Below, piece after piece: positions 11,683-26,222 of a stretch of 64,000 nucleotides of DNA. The DNA comes from Octopus sinensis (taxonomy: Eukaryota), in assembly GCF_006345805.1 (NCBI RefSeq), contig NC_043007.1:23560001-23624000 (forward strand), in the 5' to 3' direction. How positions within the stretch are numbered: position 1 is the first letter of the stretch; the number at the start of each line of letters is the position of its first letter. The position numbers were made by a program, and so were the translations under genes. Under the pieces are notes generated by a model. That model did not search any database, was not told the origin of the DNA, and was given only the letters and a program-made list of their open reading frames with translations.

Positions 11683-12253
11683 GCCTAAAATCTTCCTCTA
11701 TTAACTTACATCGTTAGCATTTTTAAAGATTATAATAAACGTTGGGTTGTATACTTCTCTGTTTACTGTGTGTTTGAGGTGTGATTTTCTTACCCCACAA
11801 TTACAAGCAATTTTGTGTGAAGTTTGTCTCATCTCTCCTCCTTGCATGATTACTATACTGGCTAACCATAATAATGGTCAAAATCGGTGGTTGTTTTTTT
11901 GGTTTGTTCGTTTAGTTTTGTGTTTTTGTTGGTTTGTTTGTTTGTTTGTTTGATTTTCCTGAGGTTTTTTTCTTTCTTTTTTTTTTTTTTTGCCTTGATG
12001 CGATATACTAACAAGATCTCTTTCCCCTCTGCTCTTTATATAATATGGAGACCTTACCTTATTTACTATGTTTTGTTTCGATTCCTAATTGAAATCATTT
12101 TTGTTTTAACCTGTGATTCGGCCGCATGCTCTCCTTTATAAATTTTGCAGGCTAAGTGTAATGATTATATAAACATAACCATTTTTACTAAAATTTCGTG
12201 ACATAGTCTTTAAGCCCGTCTCTGTTAATTCTCTCTGTCTGTCTGTCTGTCTT

Positions 12254-12298
<45 letters not shown>

Positions 12299-12618
12299 CT
12301 CACGTGCTTTCCTCCTCTCTTAATCCTTCACGTTTTCAATCAATTTTTTAAAGATTTACTTTGTGTTATATTTAGTATGTAAACTGTTAAATTATTTTAA
12401 TGATGTAGCAATATTTATAATGGCCTCACAAGGCCCAGCTGCTAAAAAAGGGTCACCCGTGCTTGACATAAAATAAGGACAAGTACACTACACTACAATG
12501 GCCTCAGTTTCCACTCTTATGAAATTTGGATTTGTACCTAATTAATAAATCAATCATCGGCGAGATTCCAAAGGTATGAGTTCATATACTGTTGTTTTGG
12601 CGGTTTGGGGGAGTTTTT

Positions 12619-12907
12619 TCGCCCTTTTCAAGCCTAGCCAGGCTCATGGGCCCGGTTTCCTGGTTTCTGTGGCGTATGTGTTCCCCCCAGCTGGACGGGA
12701 CGCCAGTCCATCGCAGCATTACTCAAGAAACAGGAAGAAAGAGTGAGAGAAAATTGGGGCGAAAGAGTACAACAGGGGTCGCCACGACCCCCTGTCGGAG
12801 CCTCGTGGAGCTTTTAGGTGGTTTCGCTCAATAAACACACACAACGCCCGGTCTGGGAATCGAAACCGCGAGTCCGCTGCCCTAATCACTGGGCTATTGC
12901 ACCTCCA
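12619..12907 (-). mobile_element. SINE family C, tail type 3
   Basis: Same head and core; tail containing gcgatggactggcgtcccgtccag. Confidence 0.8.
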
Positions 12908-13108
12908 CTCATATACTGTAGATGACAGTATTTTGCGATTATAAGAAATCACCGTTGTTTGTATTTCAACGAAATCGACTTAGTTTTTTCGGCATTCTGG
13001 GGAGTGAATAAAATAATATCAGTAATATACGGTGTCAATTTAATTGACTATACTCTTTCTCTATAAAGATATGGCCTCATTTCAATTATTGTTATGATTA
13101 CTGTTATT

Positions 13109-13590
13109 GAGAGAGCAGTGCATGACATCAAAGTGATACTGCGGTAAAATATACAAAGCCCTGTATACCCAGCATAACTACCCGTCTGGTAAGGGTACAC
13201 CGGGCATGTGCATCACAACCATATATACACGACTTGGTGATCTCATATCAAGATAAACAGCGATGACCTAGCAGGTGGGACCCAGCTAGAATTTTCTTCA
13301 GGTCGAGTAGTCCATCCCGCTCAAAAGATCCTTGAATAAGGGTTGTTTAAGGATGTTGAACGAAACACCCGTTTCCAGAGGTGAATTATTCAAACCTCTA
13401 AGAATTCCTTTCAACACACGTCTATGATGCCCCCCCACTACTTCTGCTCGTGATCAGAGATGCACATATAGTCAACCTCTAAGGGACATACTCGACTGGT
13501 TATGGTCAAACAACTGACAAGCAAATCTATGGTATTGAGCAGAATATTTGCTGTAGCCCATCTTCTATACCAAGACAAAACATGCACATT
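13109..13590 (-). mobile_element. ~555-bp retroposon, copy 2 (5'-truncated)
   Basis: Aligns to 1588-2144. Confidence 0.8.
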
Positions 13591-13781
13591 ATTATTATTG
13601 TTGTTGTTGTTGTTGATGTTTTTGTTGTTGTTATTCACGTTCTGAGTTCAAATTCCACCAAGGTCGACTTTGCCTTTCATCCTTTCAGGGTCAATAAAAT
13701 AAGTACCAGCTGAATACTGGGGTCATGTAATCGACTATCCCCCTCTGCTAAAATTCAGGCCTTGCGCCTATAGCAGAAAGG

Positions 13782-14156
<375 letters not shown>

Positions 14157-14157
14157 A

Positions 14158-14352
14158 GGCGGCGAGCTGGCAGAATCGTTAGCACGCCGGGCAAAATGCT
14201 TCGCTACATTCTAAGTTCAAATTTCGCCAGGGTCGACTTTGCTTTTCATCCTTTCGAAGTCGATAATTAAGTACCAGTGAAACACTGGGGTCGATGTAAC
14301 TCACCAGTCCTCTCCCGCAAAATTTCAGGCGTTGTGCCTTTAGTAGAAAGGA
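14158..14352 (+). mobile_element. SINE family A (alternative short tail)
   Basis: Head plus core; follows a long (ATT)n tract. Confidence 0.8.
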
Positions 14353-14355
14353 TTA

Positions 14356-14422
<67 letters not shown>

Positions 14423-15289
14423 GGATTGCAAGCTGACAGAATCATTCTTGAGCTTGAAAAGGATTCTTTGCGATGTTGCATTCAGCTCTTTACGTTCTGA
14501 GTTCAATTCCTTCCAGCTTTGCCTTTCTTCTCTCTGAGGTCGATAAAGTAAAGTACTAGTAAAATACAAGATTTAACTAAACCCTCCCCTAAAAATTTCT
14601 GGCATTGTACCAAAATTTGAAACATTATTATTATTATTATTATCGTTATTGTTGTTGATTTTTTAATCATGAACAGATGTTCCTAATGAGTCTTTGGAAG
14701 AAATTGGAATATTACCCTCCGTTTTAATTTATGTAAAATGTTTTGAAGTTATTTTACCGACGACATGTTTTGGAATGTTTACATGTCCACTCCATTTACT
14801 TTGAAGTAAAAAAAATAATATGTTTGTCTTGATACATTTTATATGTTTTATGTTTTGTAAATATAAGGTTGTCCCAAAAGTTCGTAGAAAGTCTTGGAAA
14901 ATAATGGTCTTTATTTTGAGGAATAATTTTTGTTGTTTTTGTTAGTACTCGGCGAGTAAAAATTCAATTTTCGCAAGTGTTTACGAACTTTTGGGACAAC
15001 CTAATAATGTTTACTAGAAATCCAAAGTGGCATCTTAATGAGGAGCTCACAACAGAGCTGATGGTACTAATGTAAACTGATGCATTTAACTCACCCCCAC
15101 AAAAAGAAAATCTTTAATGAAACGCACAGAAAATTCAGACATACTTGCACTGTGGAGGACACAAGAAAGAACAGTATGGCCAAGTCAGAAATCTAGAGAC
15201 ATATCCATACACAATAAAGAACATACAAGAACAGTATAGAAAAATATGATTCAAGCGATAATATTAATAACGTTAGTAATGTTCCTTTC

Positions 15290-15846
15290 TACTAAAGGCA
15301 CAACTCCTGAAATTTTGGAAAGGGGGACTAGTCGATTACATCGATCCCATTGTTTCACTGGTACGAAAGGAGGAAAGGCAAAGTTGATCTCGGCGGAATT
15401 TGATCTCAGAACGTAATGACAGACGAAATACCTATTTCTTTACTACCCACAAGGGGCTAAACACAGAGAGGACAAACAAGGACAGACAAACGGATTAAGT
15501 CGATTATATCGACCCCAGTGCGTAACTGGTACTTAATTTATCGACCCCGAAAGGATGAAAAGCAAAGTCGACCTCGGCGGAATTTGAACTCAGAACGTAA
15601 CGGCAGACGAAATACCTATTTCTTTACTACCCACAAGGGGCTAAACACAGAGAGGACAAACATGGACAGACAAACGGATTAAGTCGATTTCATCGACCCC
15701 AGTGCGTAACTGGTACTTGATTTATCGACCCCGAAAGGATGAAAAGCAAAGTCGACCTCGGCGGAATTTGAACTCAGAACGTAACGGCAGACGAAATATG
15801 GCTACGCATTTCGCCCGGCGTGCTAACGTTTCTGCCAGCTCACCGT
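15290..15846 (-). mobile_element. SINE family A trimer (one head, repeated 184-bp bodies)
   Basis: Junctions gacgaaata|cctatttc at 15431 and 15615. Confidence 0.9.
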
Positions 15847-15879
15847 TTTAATAACATTAGTAATAATTATTTTTACTGC

Positions 15880-16078
15880 AAGCACAAGGCCTCAAATTTG
15901 GGGAAGGGATTAAGTCGATTACATCAACACCAGTGTGTAATTTATACTTAATTTATCGACCCCAAAAGGATGAAAGGCAAAATTGACTTCGGCGGAATTT
16001 GAACTCAGAGCGTAGCGGCTGACGAAATACCGCTAAGCATTTCGCCCGGCGTGCTAACGTTTCTGCCAGCTCGCCGCC
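15880..16078 (-). mobile_element. SINE family A
   Basis: Head plus core. Confidence 0.85.
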
Positions 16079-17304
16079 TTAATAACGTTAGTAATAACAG
16101 AAGCTGCTTCGCTAGCCAAAGAAAACTCTTCGTCTTAAGTTGACTCTAAGAAAAGAAAATGATATGGCAGAGCTACGTCGCAAAGTGCAGTGCTTCTCTG
16201 CATTTCGAATGCGCTAAAGAACTGCCAAAAATATTAAGAGCTTTTATTTGTTCACTAAAAAGTAGTTGAAAGAAGCTCTAGCCGATGTTTGGTGCTTTGT
16301 CGTTACCATCGATCGGAGTAGGATCTAATAAAAAAGTGTATCTGATCTTTGAGGCTGAAGATGAGATTAGGGAGACAGTAGAACTGGTGCGTCATACACT
16401 CACTCGTAAACTAGTCCCGAAATGCAGGGGTCGATGCAACATAAGTATTAAGGTCAATGACTTCGGTTCAGACGATAAATTTTGTTGCCGAATGGGCCGG
16501 TGTTGAGTGCTGAGGTAACACAAAATGATAGCAGATTTGGTCGGATCTGCATAAACATACAAGCCCTGATGATCTTTGAAAACCACAAAGCTATTCATGC
16601 GCTGAGTTCAGTTGTGGGTGTTGAGAGAAAGAGGAAAAGATTACAAACGGGATACAAGAAACCCAACTGTTACACGTGTATAACATTTTTAAAAATCTTA
16701 ATCGAACAAACCTATGACGAAAAGCGTTGAAGTCGTGACCATCCCGTCTCTGATATATGGTATACTATCGCCTTGTATCGAGCAATATTTTATGAGTTGA
16801 ACTTGGTATGCAGAAACTGTACAAAAGCCCATACGTGTCTGTGTAAGAGTAAGAGAGTGAGAGAGAAGGGGGAGATTATGAATTCCTAATCCAATTTTAA
16901 ATTTGCATAAATTAATATTTTTGACATGGTAGAATTATTCTGTGAAAAGGTTCAGTGAGAGAATTTATTCCATTTTTAGATTGAAATATTCTTGATTGTT
17001 AATTATCAGCATATCCACCGTCGTTATGCACACGAAGCTTGAACCGATTCTGAAGCTGCAGAAATACGTTTTGAGACTGAAATTTTAAAATCACATTCGT
17101 TATCCTAACCCGCAAGCCATCTCCAGAAGTTTGGTCAAATAAATAGCCATATTTAAGTGCTTCCATTAAAAGTTGAAGTAAATATAATTTTTTTTTTTTC
17201 AAAAGTAATAATTACCATATTTGATAACGTAAAAGACATGCATATTAGACACACCCTTAATTTCAACAACGCATATTCTGGGGAAAAAAGTTATCAGTGC
17301 ACTA

Positions 17305-18400
17305 AATTTTACGACTTCGGAATCTCCAACTCTTCTGGGCGGTTTCCTTGTTTAAGTTGGTAAATGCTGCCATAATCCTTGCCTTCAGTTCATCTTTAAT
17401 GTTACAAGAAGTTTTGTTGGTCTCTCGCTCATCTGCGCCCCGCACATAATAATCAAAGAGTTTCGGCCTGAGGAGTTAGGTGGCCAAATGTTAGGGGTGA
17501 TGTGGTTGCAGAAATTGTCTGACCGCCATGACTGGGTTCTCTTGTTTGTGTGACATGGTGCAGAGTCGTATTGCCAGACATAGGCTCTTCCAGCAACCAC
17601 CCTGTTGACCCAGGCACTTGATCTAGGCCTCCGTGTTGAGTCTGAGGCCATGTGGGAAGATGAATGGAGACATAACGTCGCCATCACTAGTGATTACTCA
17701 AAACACCATGATGTTAACTGGATGTTTGATTTTTATCACTCTTGGTAGATGTTCTGGGGACAGGGCAAGCCGACGGATGTTCTGTGTGTTCACCATTTTG
17801 AGAAAAACCAAAGCACGTTCAGTTGGAGGGGATGCTTGAGTTTGTCCAACAGCTTCGTAGCGCGGTCTTTCCTCTTGTTCTTGATGGCTTGGGATAAAAA
17901 TTGTCCCTTTCTCATCTTGTATGTGGAATATCAAATGTCTTCATGTACTACCTGCCTGATAAGGAACCCGGCCGCTCCTATGTCCCTGGTGATGGACCTG
18001 ATTGACTTGGAGGGATCGTTGTCAATCATGGCCTGGATCTCACCAACAAATTCATGAGCTATTTTCTTATCAGGACGACCAGAATGAGTTTTTCGAGCTG
18101 CCGTACCTTCGTAACTATCATTAGACTCATTCATCTCTTTCCCAATCCTCTGCACGGTCCTCAAATTGACACCGAAACACTCTGAAATGTTCGTATTGGG
18201 GATTCCGGTACGAATGCCAAGCATTATAGTATGCCGTTTCCAAATTTCTGGCAGAGTGAATTGCCCCATGGAACTGTTTTTCTCACAGACGGTGCCCAAG
18301 TGACCCTACTATACTGTACAGTCGACAGAATCAAAAGCAAACAATGTGCATACGCAAAATTAAAGATATAAAATGGCGACAATTTACTCCTCGCACCCTG
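17305..18400 (-). mobile_element. Decayed, 3'-truncated maT/Bmmar1-like (DD37D) Tc1/mariner element
   Basis: Terminus TA|CAGGGTGCGAGGAGTAAATTG at 18400. HTH-like N-terminal ORF at 17931-18299. QYDSAPCH...WPPNS..RNSL[D]YYV gives a 37-residue D-D spacing after restoring a 1-nt frameshift. Second TIR not found. Confidence 0.8.
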
Positions 18401-18412
18401 TATGTATGCATA

Positions 18413-18526
<114 letters not shown>

Positions 18527-19059
18527 ATGTATGTATATATGTGTGTGTGTATTATGGGTGTGTTTGTGCTCGGGTAGGTGATCTGAATAACAGTATGAAT
18601 AGAAATAATCTCCCCCAAAATATCACAATTTCACAAACAATAGTTTCGTTAAACTCATGAGAAAGATTTCTTTGTCTTTCTTTTGTCTTTTTTTCTTTTT
18701 TTTTTTTTTGCGAGATGGGTGTGATACCTTTATTTAATCTCTCAAGACCTTTCTTGAGAGAAAGCAAGATATCAGCGTTTTTGCTTCATTCTTTAGTATT
18801 ACTATTTCATATTTAATCATCTTTTTGTTTTGTTTTTGTCTTCTATTTTTTTTGCTTTGTTTTGTTTTGTTTTTGTTTTCCTGAGAAGGGTAAGATTGTG
18901 TCTTTGTTCAGCCTCTCGCGGTCCTCATTTTTCTTAATGTTACAACCATATGGAAGTGAGATGATGCCGTCTTGTGGGTCGTTCATCCTGCAAAACTCGA
19001 ACTAAGCTTGGAGTTATTGGCGCAGCAAAGAGGAGAACCATAAACCTCCCTGGTGGAGG

Positions 19060-19436
19060 TTATGGGTGTCCTGCTCCCTCTTAGTGCGTCACGCTTGTCC
19101 AGCCCCTTTTAAACTTCTCGATCCACCCATACTTCTAAGCGGTAGTGCACTGTCCCCGTGTTGTGCTAAAAGCCTCCGAGGAATTTCAGCACTTGACATA
19201 CTTTTTGACCCGAGAAATAGGGTCACTGCTCTTTGTTCTTCTTTGGTGCACATCGCTAGTGGAGGGGCCATGCTTGCACTGTAAAGCCAGAAAGAAAAAT
19301 GGCGCGATCAGGCTCAAACTTCGATCACGTGACCACAATAGTACCAACTATAAGCACGCATGTGCAGAAGGCAGCACTGTGACAATAATAATGATATGTT
19401 ATGGCGAAAGTACGGATAACTTTTTACTTACTCTTG
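19060..19436 (-). mobile_element. 5' fragment of a second mariner lineage
   Basis: TA|CAAGAGTAAGTAAAAAGTTATCCG TIR-like end. Translation MAPPLAMCTKEEQRAVTLFL...YGWIEKFKRGWTSVTH*EGAGHP is a typical mariner N-terminal HTH. Confidence 0.8.
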
Positions 19437-19594
19437 TATTTTCTAAAGTTATTATATTTCAAAAAAAAGATTAGTGAGCATGGCTGTGTGGGTTAGAAGT
19501 TTGCTTTGCACCAATGTGGTTTGGCGTTCCGTCCTCTGCGTGACCCATAGCCTCGGACCGACTAATGCTTTATGCATGAATTTGGAAGCCTGTC

Positions 19595-19633
<39 letters not shown>

Positions 19634-19634
<1 letters not shown>

Positions 19635-20860
19635 TGGGTTGGCAACTAAGTTCCCATCGTTTTTTTTTTTAATTTTGGAATTTACTGCGTTTTTAAATTT
19701 TGGAATGTATATTGTTTTGTTTTTTTTCCTTTTTGGGTTTTTATTTTTCTAGTTAATTTTAGTTAATTTTTGTTTATTTTCATATCATTAAAATGGAATG
19801 TCAAGTTAAGAAAGACGAGCATTTTCGACACATTCTTTTTGCTTTTAATCAAGGTCTTAAGGCCACAAAAGCTTCTCGCGTGTATCGAGAGGGTTTCATA
19901 GCTGAAAGAACCGCTCGTGATTGGTTTGCCAAGTTCAAACATGGAAATTTCGACCTCAAAGACGCTCCTCGTTCTGGCCGTTCAGTTGAGTTCGATGAAG
20001 AGCGATTAAACCAACTCTTGCACGAAAATTCTCGTCAAACGACAAGGGAACTGGCAGAGAAATGGAATGCTCCCACACTGCTATAGAGAAGCATCTTCAC
20101 TCGATAGGAAAGGTTCGGAAATATGGAGCTTGGGTTCCGCGTGCTTTACGTGACAACAACAATCTCCGCTGGTTTGCTTGCTCGTCACCGCTCAACTCAT
20201 GGACACAAGCAACGATTTCTTTACCGAATCGTTACTGGCGACGAAAAATGGTGCCTGTATATCAATATGAAGCAGCGTAAGGAATGGCTTAGCCCCGGTA
20301 AACAAGCGACACTGCACGTGAAATAATGTTGTGCGTACGGTGGGACTGTGAAGGGATTATCTATTACGAATTGCTTGAACGGAACTAAACGGTCAACGCG
20401 GAACTCTGTGTTCAACAGATGGAACGACTCAACACGGCTATTCAAGAGAAAAGACCTAATTGTCAGCATGGAGTTCTTCTGCTGCACGACAACGCCCGCC
20501 CTCATATCGCCAATAGGACCAAGGAAGCCATTCAAACGCATGGAAGGGAAGTGCTGCCACACCCGCCGTGCTCTCCTGATTTGGCACCAACGGATTTCCA
20601 CCTCTTTCAATCTCTTTCAAATGTTATACGCGGAGTTTTGTTCAATACTGGATGCAGAATTGAGGGCTTGGTTGGATCAATTTTTCGAGTCGAAATCAAG
20701 TGATTTCTACCAACGAGGTATTGAAAATCTTGTTGAACGTTGGGAAGAAGTTGTAAACAACAGGGGTGAATGCATTATTGAATAATTGGTTGTTATTTTT
20801 TATTAAACCTTTTAAAAATTTAAATTTTAAAAAACCGCGGGAAATTAGTTGCCAACCGTA
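19634..20860 (+). mobile_element. Full-length decayed mariner transposon (DD34D)
   Basis: TIRs ttgggttggcaactaagttccc / gggaaattagttgccaaccgta flanked by TA. Frameshifted transposase with WVPRAL, TGDEKW, HDNARPH and SPDLAPTDFHLF; 34 residues between the last two Asp. Confidence 0.95.
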
Positions 20861-20866
20861 TATATA

Positions 20867-20899
<33 letters not shown>

Positions 20900-20904
20900 A
20901 AACC

Positions 20905-22352
20905 TGTCGTATGTGTGTGTATGTGTATGTGTGTATGTGTATGCGTGTGTGTATGTGTATGTATTTGTGTTTGTCTCCCTCACCATCGCTTGACAACCAG
21001 GATTGGTTTGTTTACGTACCCGTAACTTAGCAGTTCGGCAAAAGAGTGAAATAGAATAATTAGCAGACTTGAAAAAAAAACTAAGTTTTGGGGTGGATTT
21101 TTTAGACTAAACCTGTCATGGTTTTGCCTCCAGCATGGCCGCAGTCCAATTAGTGTGTGTATGTGTATGTGTGTATGTGTATGCGTGTGTGTATGTGTAT
21201 GTATTTGTGTTTGTCTCCCTCACCATCGCTTGACAACCAGGATTGGTTTGTTTACGTACCCGTAACTTAGCAGTTCGGCAAAAGAGTGAAATAGAATAAT
21301 TAGCAGACTTGAAAAAAAAACTAAGTTTTGGGGTGGATTTTTTAGACTAAACCTGTCATGGTTTTGCCTCCAGCATGGCCGCAGTCCAATTAGTGTGTGT
21401 ATGTATATGTGTGATGTGTATGCGTGTGTGTATGTGTATGTATTTGTGTTTGTCTCCCTCACCATCGCTTGACAACCAGGATTGGGTTGTTACGTACCCG
21501 TAACTTAGCAGTTCGGCAAAAGAGTGAAATAGAATAATTAGCAGACTTGAAAAAAAAACTAAGTTTTGGGGTGGATTTTTTAGACTAAACCTGTCATGGT
21601 TTTGCCTCCAGCATGGCCGCAGTCCAATTAGTGTGTGTATGTGTATGTGTGTATGTGTATGCGTGTTGTATGTGTATGTATTTGTGGTTTGTCTCCCTCA
21701 CCATCGCTGACAACCAGGATTGGTTTGTTTACGTACCCGTAACTTAGCAGTCGGCAAAAGAGTGAAATAGAATAATTAGCAGACTTGAAAAAAAAACTAA
21801 GTTTTGGGGTGGATTTTTTAGACTAAACCTGTCATGGTTTTGCCTCCAGCATGGCCGCAGTCCAATTAGTGTGTTGTATGTATATGTGTGTATGTGTATG
21901 CGTGTGTGTATGTGTATGTATTTGTGTTTGTCTCCCTCACCATCGCTTGACAACCAGGATTGGTTTGTTTACGTACCCGTAACTTAGCAGTTCGGCAAAA
22001 GAGTGAAATAGAATAATTAGCAGCAGACTTGAAAAAAAAACTAAGTTTTGGGGTGGATTTTTTAGACTAAACCTGTCATGGTTTTGCCTCCAGCATGGCC
22101 GCAGTCCAATTAGTGTGTGTATGTGTATGTGTGTATGTGTATGCGTGTGTGTATGTGTATGTATTTGTGTTTGTCTCCCTCACCATCGCTTGACAACCAG
22201 GATTGGTTTGTTTACGTACCCGTAACTTAGCAGTTCGGCAAAAGAGTGAAATAGAATAATTAGCAGACTTGAAAAAAAAACTAAGTTTTGGGGTGGATTT
22301 TTTAGACTAAACCTGTCGTGGTTTTGCCTCCAGCATGGCCGCAGTCCAATTA
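20905..22352 (+). repeat. Tandem array of six ~240-bp units derived from the 3' half of SINE family B
   Basis: ctccctcaccatc recurs at 20975, 21215, 21454, 21693, 21932 and 22175. Confidence 0.95.
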
Positions 22353-22747
22353 AAAACGGAAAACAAAAAAATTATTAATGTTTTGAATCCTACAGATGAG
22401 ACGGCGTTGTGACGCTGGTTCGCCAGATTCAGGCGACCTTTGTCCCATGTCACAAATGAGGCTTTCAATTATTTTGTTCTGTTTTGTCTTTACTTTTGTT
22501 TACTTGTTTATTCTTTTTTTGTCGATGAGCCAACGCCATTCTGGAGTGCTGCTTTCAAGGGTTTTGGTCAGTCATACCACGCCTAGTAATTATTTCAGCA
22601 CGTTATTTATTTTATCGTCTCTACATGCCGAACGGCTAGGTCATCTTTTGACATAAAGGATCGTGGCTCCAAGCATTTTTTTAAATCTGCTTACATACCC
22701 GCCCTAACACCTAACACATCTCCCACTATATACAGGGTGGGGTGTAG

Positions 22748-22990
22748 AGGCATGTGGCCTAGTGGTTAGGGTGTTGCACTCATGATCGCTAGATTGTGGT
22801 TTCGATTCCTGGACCGGGTGATGCACTGTGTTCTTGCGTAAAGCACTTCATTTCATGTTGCTCCCGTCCACTCAGCTGGCAGAAATGAGTAATCCTGTGA
22901 CGGATCGGTGTCCCATTCATGGTGGGGGTGAATATTTGAGTCGCATAATCCAGGAAACAGATCTTATAAGCCTTTTAGCTCGGAAAGGAC
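22748..22990 (+). mobile_element. Older tRNA-headed SINE (family D)
   Basis: A box tggcctagtgg, B box ggtttcgattcc. Confidence 0.65.
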
Positions 22991-23449
22991 CTTTGATCCT
23001 TTTTTTTATGTATGTATGTATGTATTCGATCTATTCGCCCAGTTTCTGTCTACCGAATTCCTCACGCAAAACATTGGCCAACTTGGAGCCACAATAGAGA
23101 AACATTTGCTCTAAGTACAGCTCAGTTCTCTAGAACCACCCGAAAGCGCTTGGTTGCAGCGAAGCAAACTTATAACCACACGGCTTTACCTACATTTATT
23201 TTTTATTTTATTATTTTTTATCTTGTGGTAATATTTCAGGGAGTGAAATTTATCTAAAAAAAAACTTGTTGCGTACCTAGAACAAGAATCTCAATTTAGT
23301 TGGTTGGAATATTTCTCGAGTGGTTCTTAACAGGAACTGTGAGTGGTATTGGCGACAGAGTGTCGTCGTAACTATTTCCTTCACTCTTCAACAATTTCTT
23401 CTCTCTCTTGTTGGATTCTCACAGCTACCCACACCAAAATTCCAGCTCT

Positions 23450-24240
23450 TTCGCTATTATTATATTCATCTCTCCTTCTTCATTGAGTATTGCTTTAACT
23501 CCCCTTGCACCCAGGGTTTTCATTCTTCATTCATTCATAATTTCATTATTTCATTCATTTACGTTCTTATTTTTTCTTTCACTCATACATATATTCTTTA
23601 ATTCTTTCATACATTCTTCCTTTCATTCAAATCGTCCTTCATTCTTTTTTCATTCGCTCAATCATTCTGTCATTCATTCACATGTCCTTTAACTCATTCA
23701 TTGTTTCATTCGTTCGTTCATTCATATATTCTTCCATTTGTTAACATGTTCTTTATTTCATTCCTTCATATATTCTTTCTTTCATTCTAATCGCCCTTCA
23801 TTCTTTCATTCTAATCGCCCTTCATTCTTTCATTCAGATCTTTCTTTTATTCATTCGTATATTCGTTCAGTCATTCTTCATTCATTCACATATCCTTTCA
23901 TTCTATCATTCAAGCATTCTTTTATTCTTTCATATATTCCTTCATTCGACTATCCGCTCATTTTCCTTTCATTCATTCATTCTCTTGTTCAAATCATTCA
24001 TTAACATATTCTTTCATTTATTTTGAATTAGTTCCTTCATTCATTCTCACTTTCATTTGTCCTGTCATTCTTTCATTCAAATTACTTATTCATTAAGCCG
24101 TTCATTAAAAGAGTGTTCTTTCGTTCTTTCATTCATTTTATATTCATTCAATCTTCTATTCTTTCTTTCATTTATTCATCAATTCTTTTTCGTTCTTTAA
24201 TTTTCTCATTCATCCTTTCGTTTATTCATTTTTCATATAT
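23450..24240. repeat. Degenerate (TTCA)n-rich low-complexity tract
   Basis: Direct inspection. Confidence 0.8.
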
Positions 24241-24708
24241 TTCATCCCCACCCCCAGACACGTGGTTATTTGCCTGGAAACTGCTGCTGCTGCTGCTGCT
24301 TACAGTTGCACATGGATTAAGAGAGAAAGCTAAGAGTGAGGGTGAATGTTCTTATAGGGAGAAAACCGCGTCTATGGGGTGGGGTTCTTATGTCAAGGGA
24401 TCGTTTTTTCTGAGTGACAAGAGGAAAGGAACATACAATATTTCCAAATTTCCATATGATTCATCTACTAAATATTCCAGTAGTTGTGAACAGTACTGTT
24501 TCGCTCTTGTTATGGGCTCTTCAGCACAACATAACCCAAGATCTTGAAATCAGTTAGTTTATAGTTATTTAAGATCAAAAATGAAATGCGATCGATTTTT
24601 CTTTTACGTTTTTCTTTTTAAAGTGGAGAAAAGAAGGGAAGAGAGAGAAAGAAAGATAAAAACCTCAGACTCATTTAAAATTAATACGATAGATATTTCT
24701 TTTTTCTC

Positions 24709-24743
<35 letters not shown>

Positions 24744-25144
24744 TCCTCTCTCTCTCTCTCTCTCTTCTCCTCTCTCTCTCTGGTCTGCTATTCAGCTCAC
24801 AACAGACAGTGAATTCGTGCGTCCGTGACTTTATATCCAATACTAGTGTCGTGTCGTGAAGAGCAATTAAATTCTACGAACTTTAAAGTGAACCAGTAGA
24901 CTACAAAGAAACTAACGACTCTCTTTATCTGTCCTGGCAAATAGTCAGTGAGGAGGTTCACAAAGTAATATTAGTAGGCCAGGACAAACAGGTGGGGAAG
25001 GGGGGGAATCTGGCGTTTCTTTTCGTCGTGTCAAACTAGCTTGTACCACTTGGTGAACTTTTTCTATGAGCTTCAATTGACCCGGCAGTCAAGCAATAAG
25101 AATTACCTTCTCTAGAAACAATCTGCTTACTTGTGGTTCGGCTT

Positions 25145-25563
25145 ACTTTCTCTCTCTCTTTCTTTCTCTTTTACTTGTTTCAGTCATTTGACTGCGGCCA
25201 TGCTGGAGCACCGCCTTTAGTCGAGCAAATCGACCCACCCGGAACTTATTCTTTGTAAGGCCAGTACTTATTCTATCGGTCTCTATTGCCGAACCGCTAA
25301 GTGACGCGGACGTAAACACACCAGTATCGGTTGTCAAGCAATGCTGGGGGGACAAACACAGACACTCAAACACATACACACACATATATATATGTATATA
25401 CATATATACGACAGGCTTCTTTCAGTTTCCGTCTACCAAATCCACTCACAAGGCATTGGTCGACCCGGGGCTATAGCAGAAGACACTTGCCCAAGATGCC
25501 ACGCAGTGGAACTGAACCCGGAACCATGTAGTTGGTTAGCAAGCTACTTACCACACAGCCACT
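25145..25563 (-). mobile_element. SINE family B (tRNA head, internal microsatellite, 3' module)
   Basis: Head tggctgtgtggtaag..ggttcagttcc; multiple copies in the window. Confidence 0.9.
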
Positions 25564-25580
25564 TGATGACAGACAATATA

Positions 25581-25811
25581 TATTTCTTTACTACCCACAA
25601 GGGGCTAAACACGGAGGGGACAAACAAGGACAGACAAACGGATTAAGTCGATTACATCGACCCCAGTGCATAACTGGTACTTAATTTATCGACCCCGAAA
25701 GGATGAAAGGCAAAGTCAACCTCGGCGGAATTTGAACTCGGAACGTAACGACAGACGAAATACGGCTACGCATTTCGCCCGGCATGCTAACGTTTCTGCC
25801 AGCTCGCCGCC
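25581..25811 (-). mobile_element. SINE family A monomer
   Basis: Full head, core and tail. Confidence 0.9.
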
Positions 25812-25990
25812 TGATGACAGGCAATGTAGTGGAAAAGAGCGTGAATCTGTTCGAGTCTTATCTGTCCTAAGAACGAAATAGTGTTTGCGTGTGAGTGTGT
25901 GCTTGTATGTGTGTGTGAGTATATGTGCGTATGTGTGTGTGTTTCTGCAGAGAGATGGGGGTGGTGAAATGGAAACAGAAGATATATTAA

Positions 25991-26222
25991 GGCGGCGAGC
26001 TGGCAGAAATGTTAGCACGCCGGGCGAAATGCTTAGCGATATTTCGTCTGCCGTTACGTTCTGAGTTCAAATTCCGCCGAGGTCGACTTTGCCTTTCATC
26101 CTTTCGGGGTCGATAAATTAAGTACCAGTTACGCACTGGGGGCGATGTAATCGACTTAATCCGTTTGTCTGTCCTTGTTTGTCAGCTCTATGTTTAGCCC
26201 CTTGTGGGCAATAATGAAATAA
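25991..26222 (+). mobile_element. SINE family A monomer
   Basis: Full head, core and tail. Confidence 0.9.

Noticed and set aside
12558-12579. GEIPK|GTATGA as penultimate cyclase exon
   Set aside because: One residue short of RGxIxVK, with an in-frame stop shortly upstream and no acceptor.
24258-24345. Signal-peptide-like LFAWKLLLLLLLTVAHG
   Set aside because: The Leu run is a (CTG)n microsatellite and there is no start codon; insufficient support.
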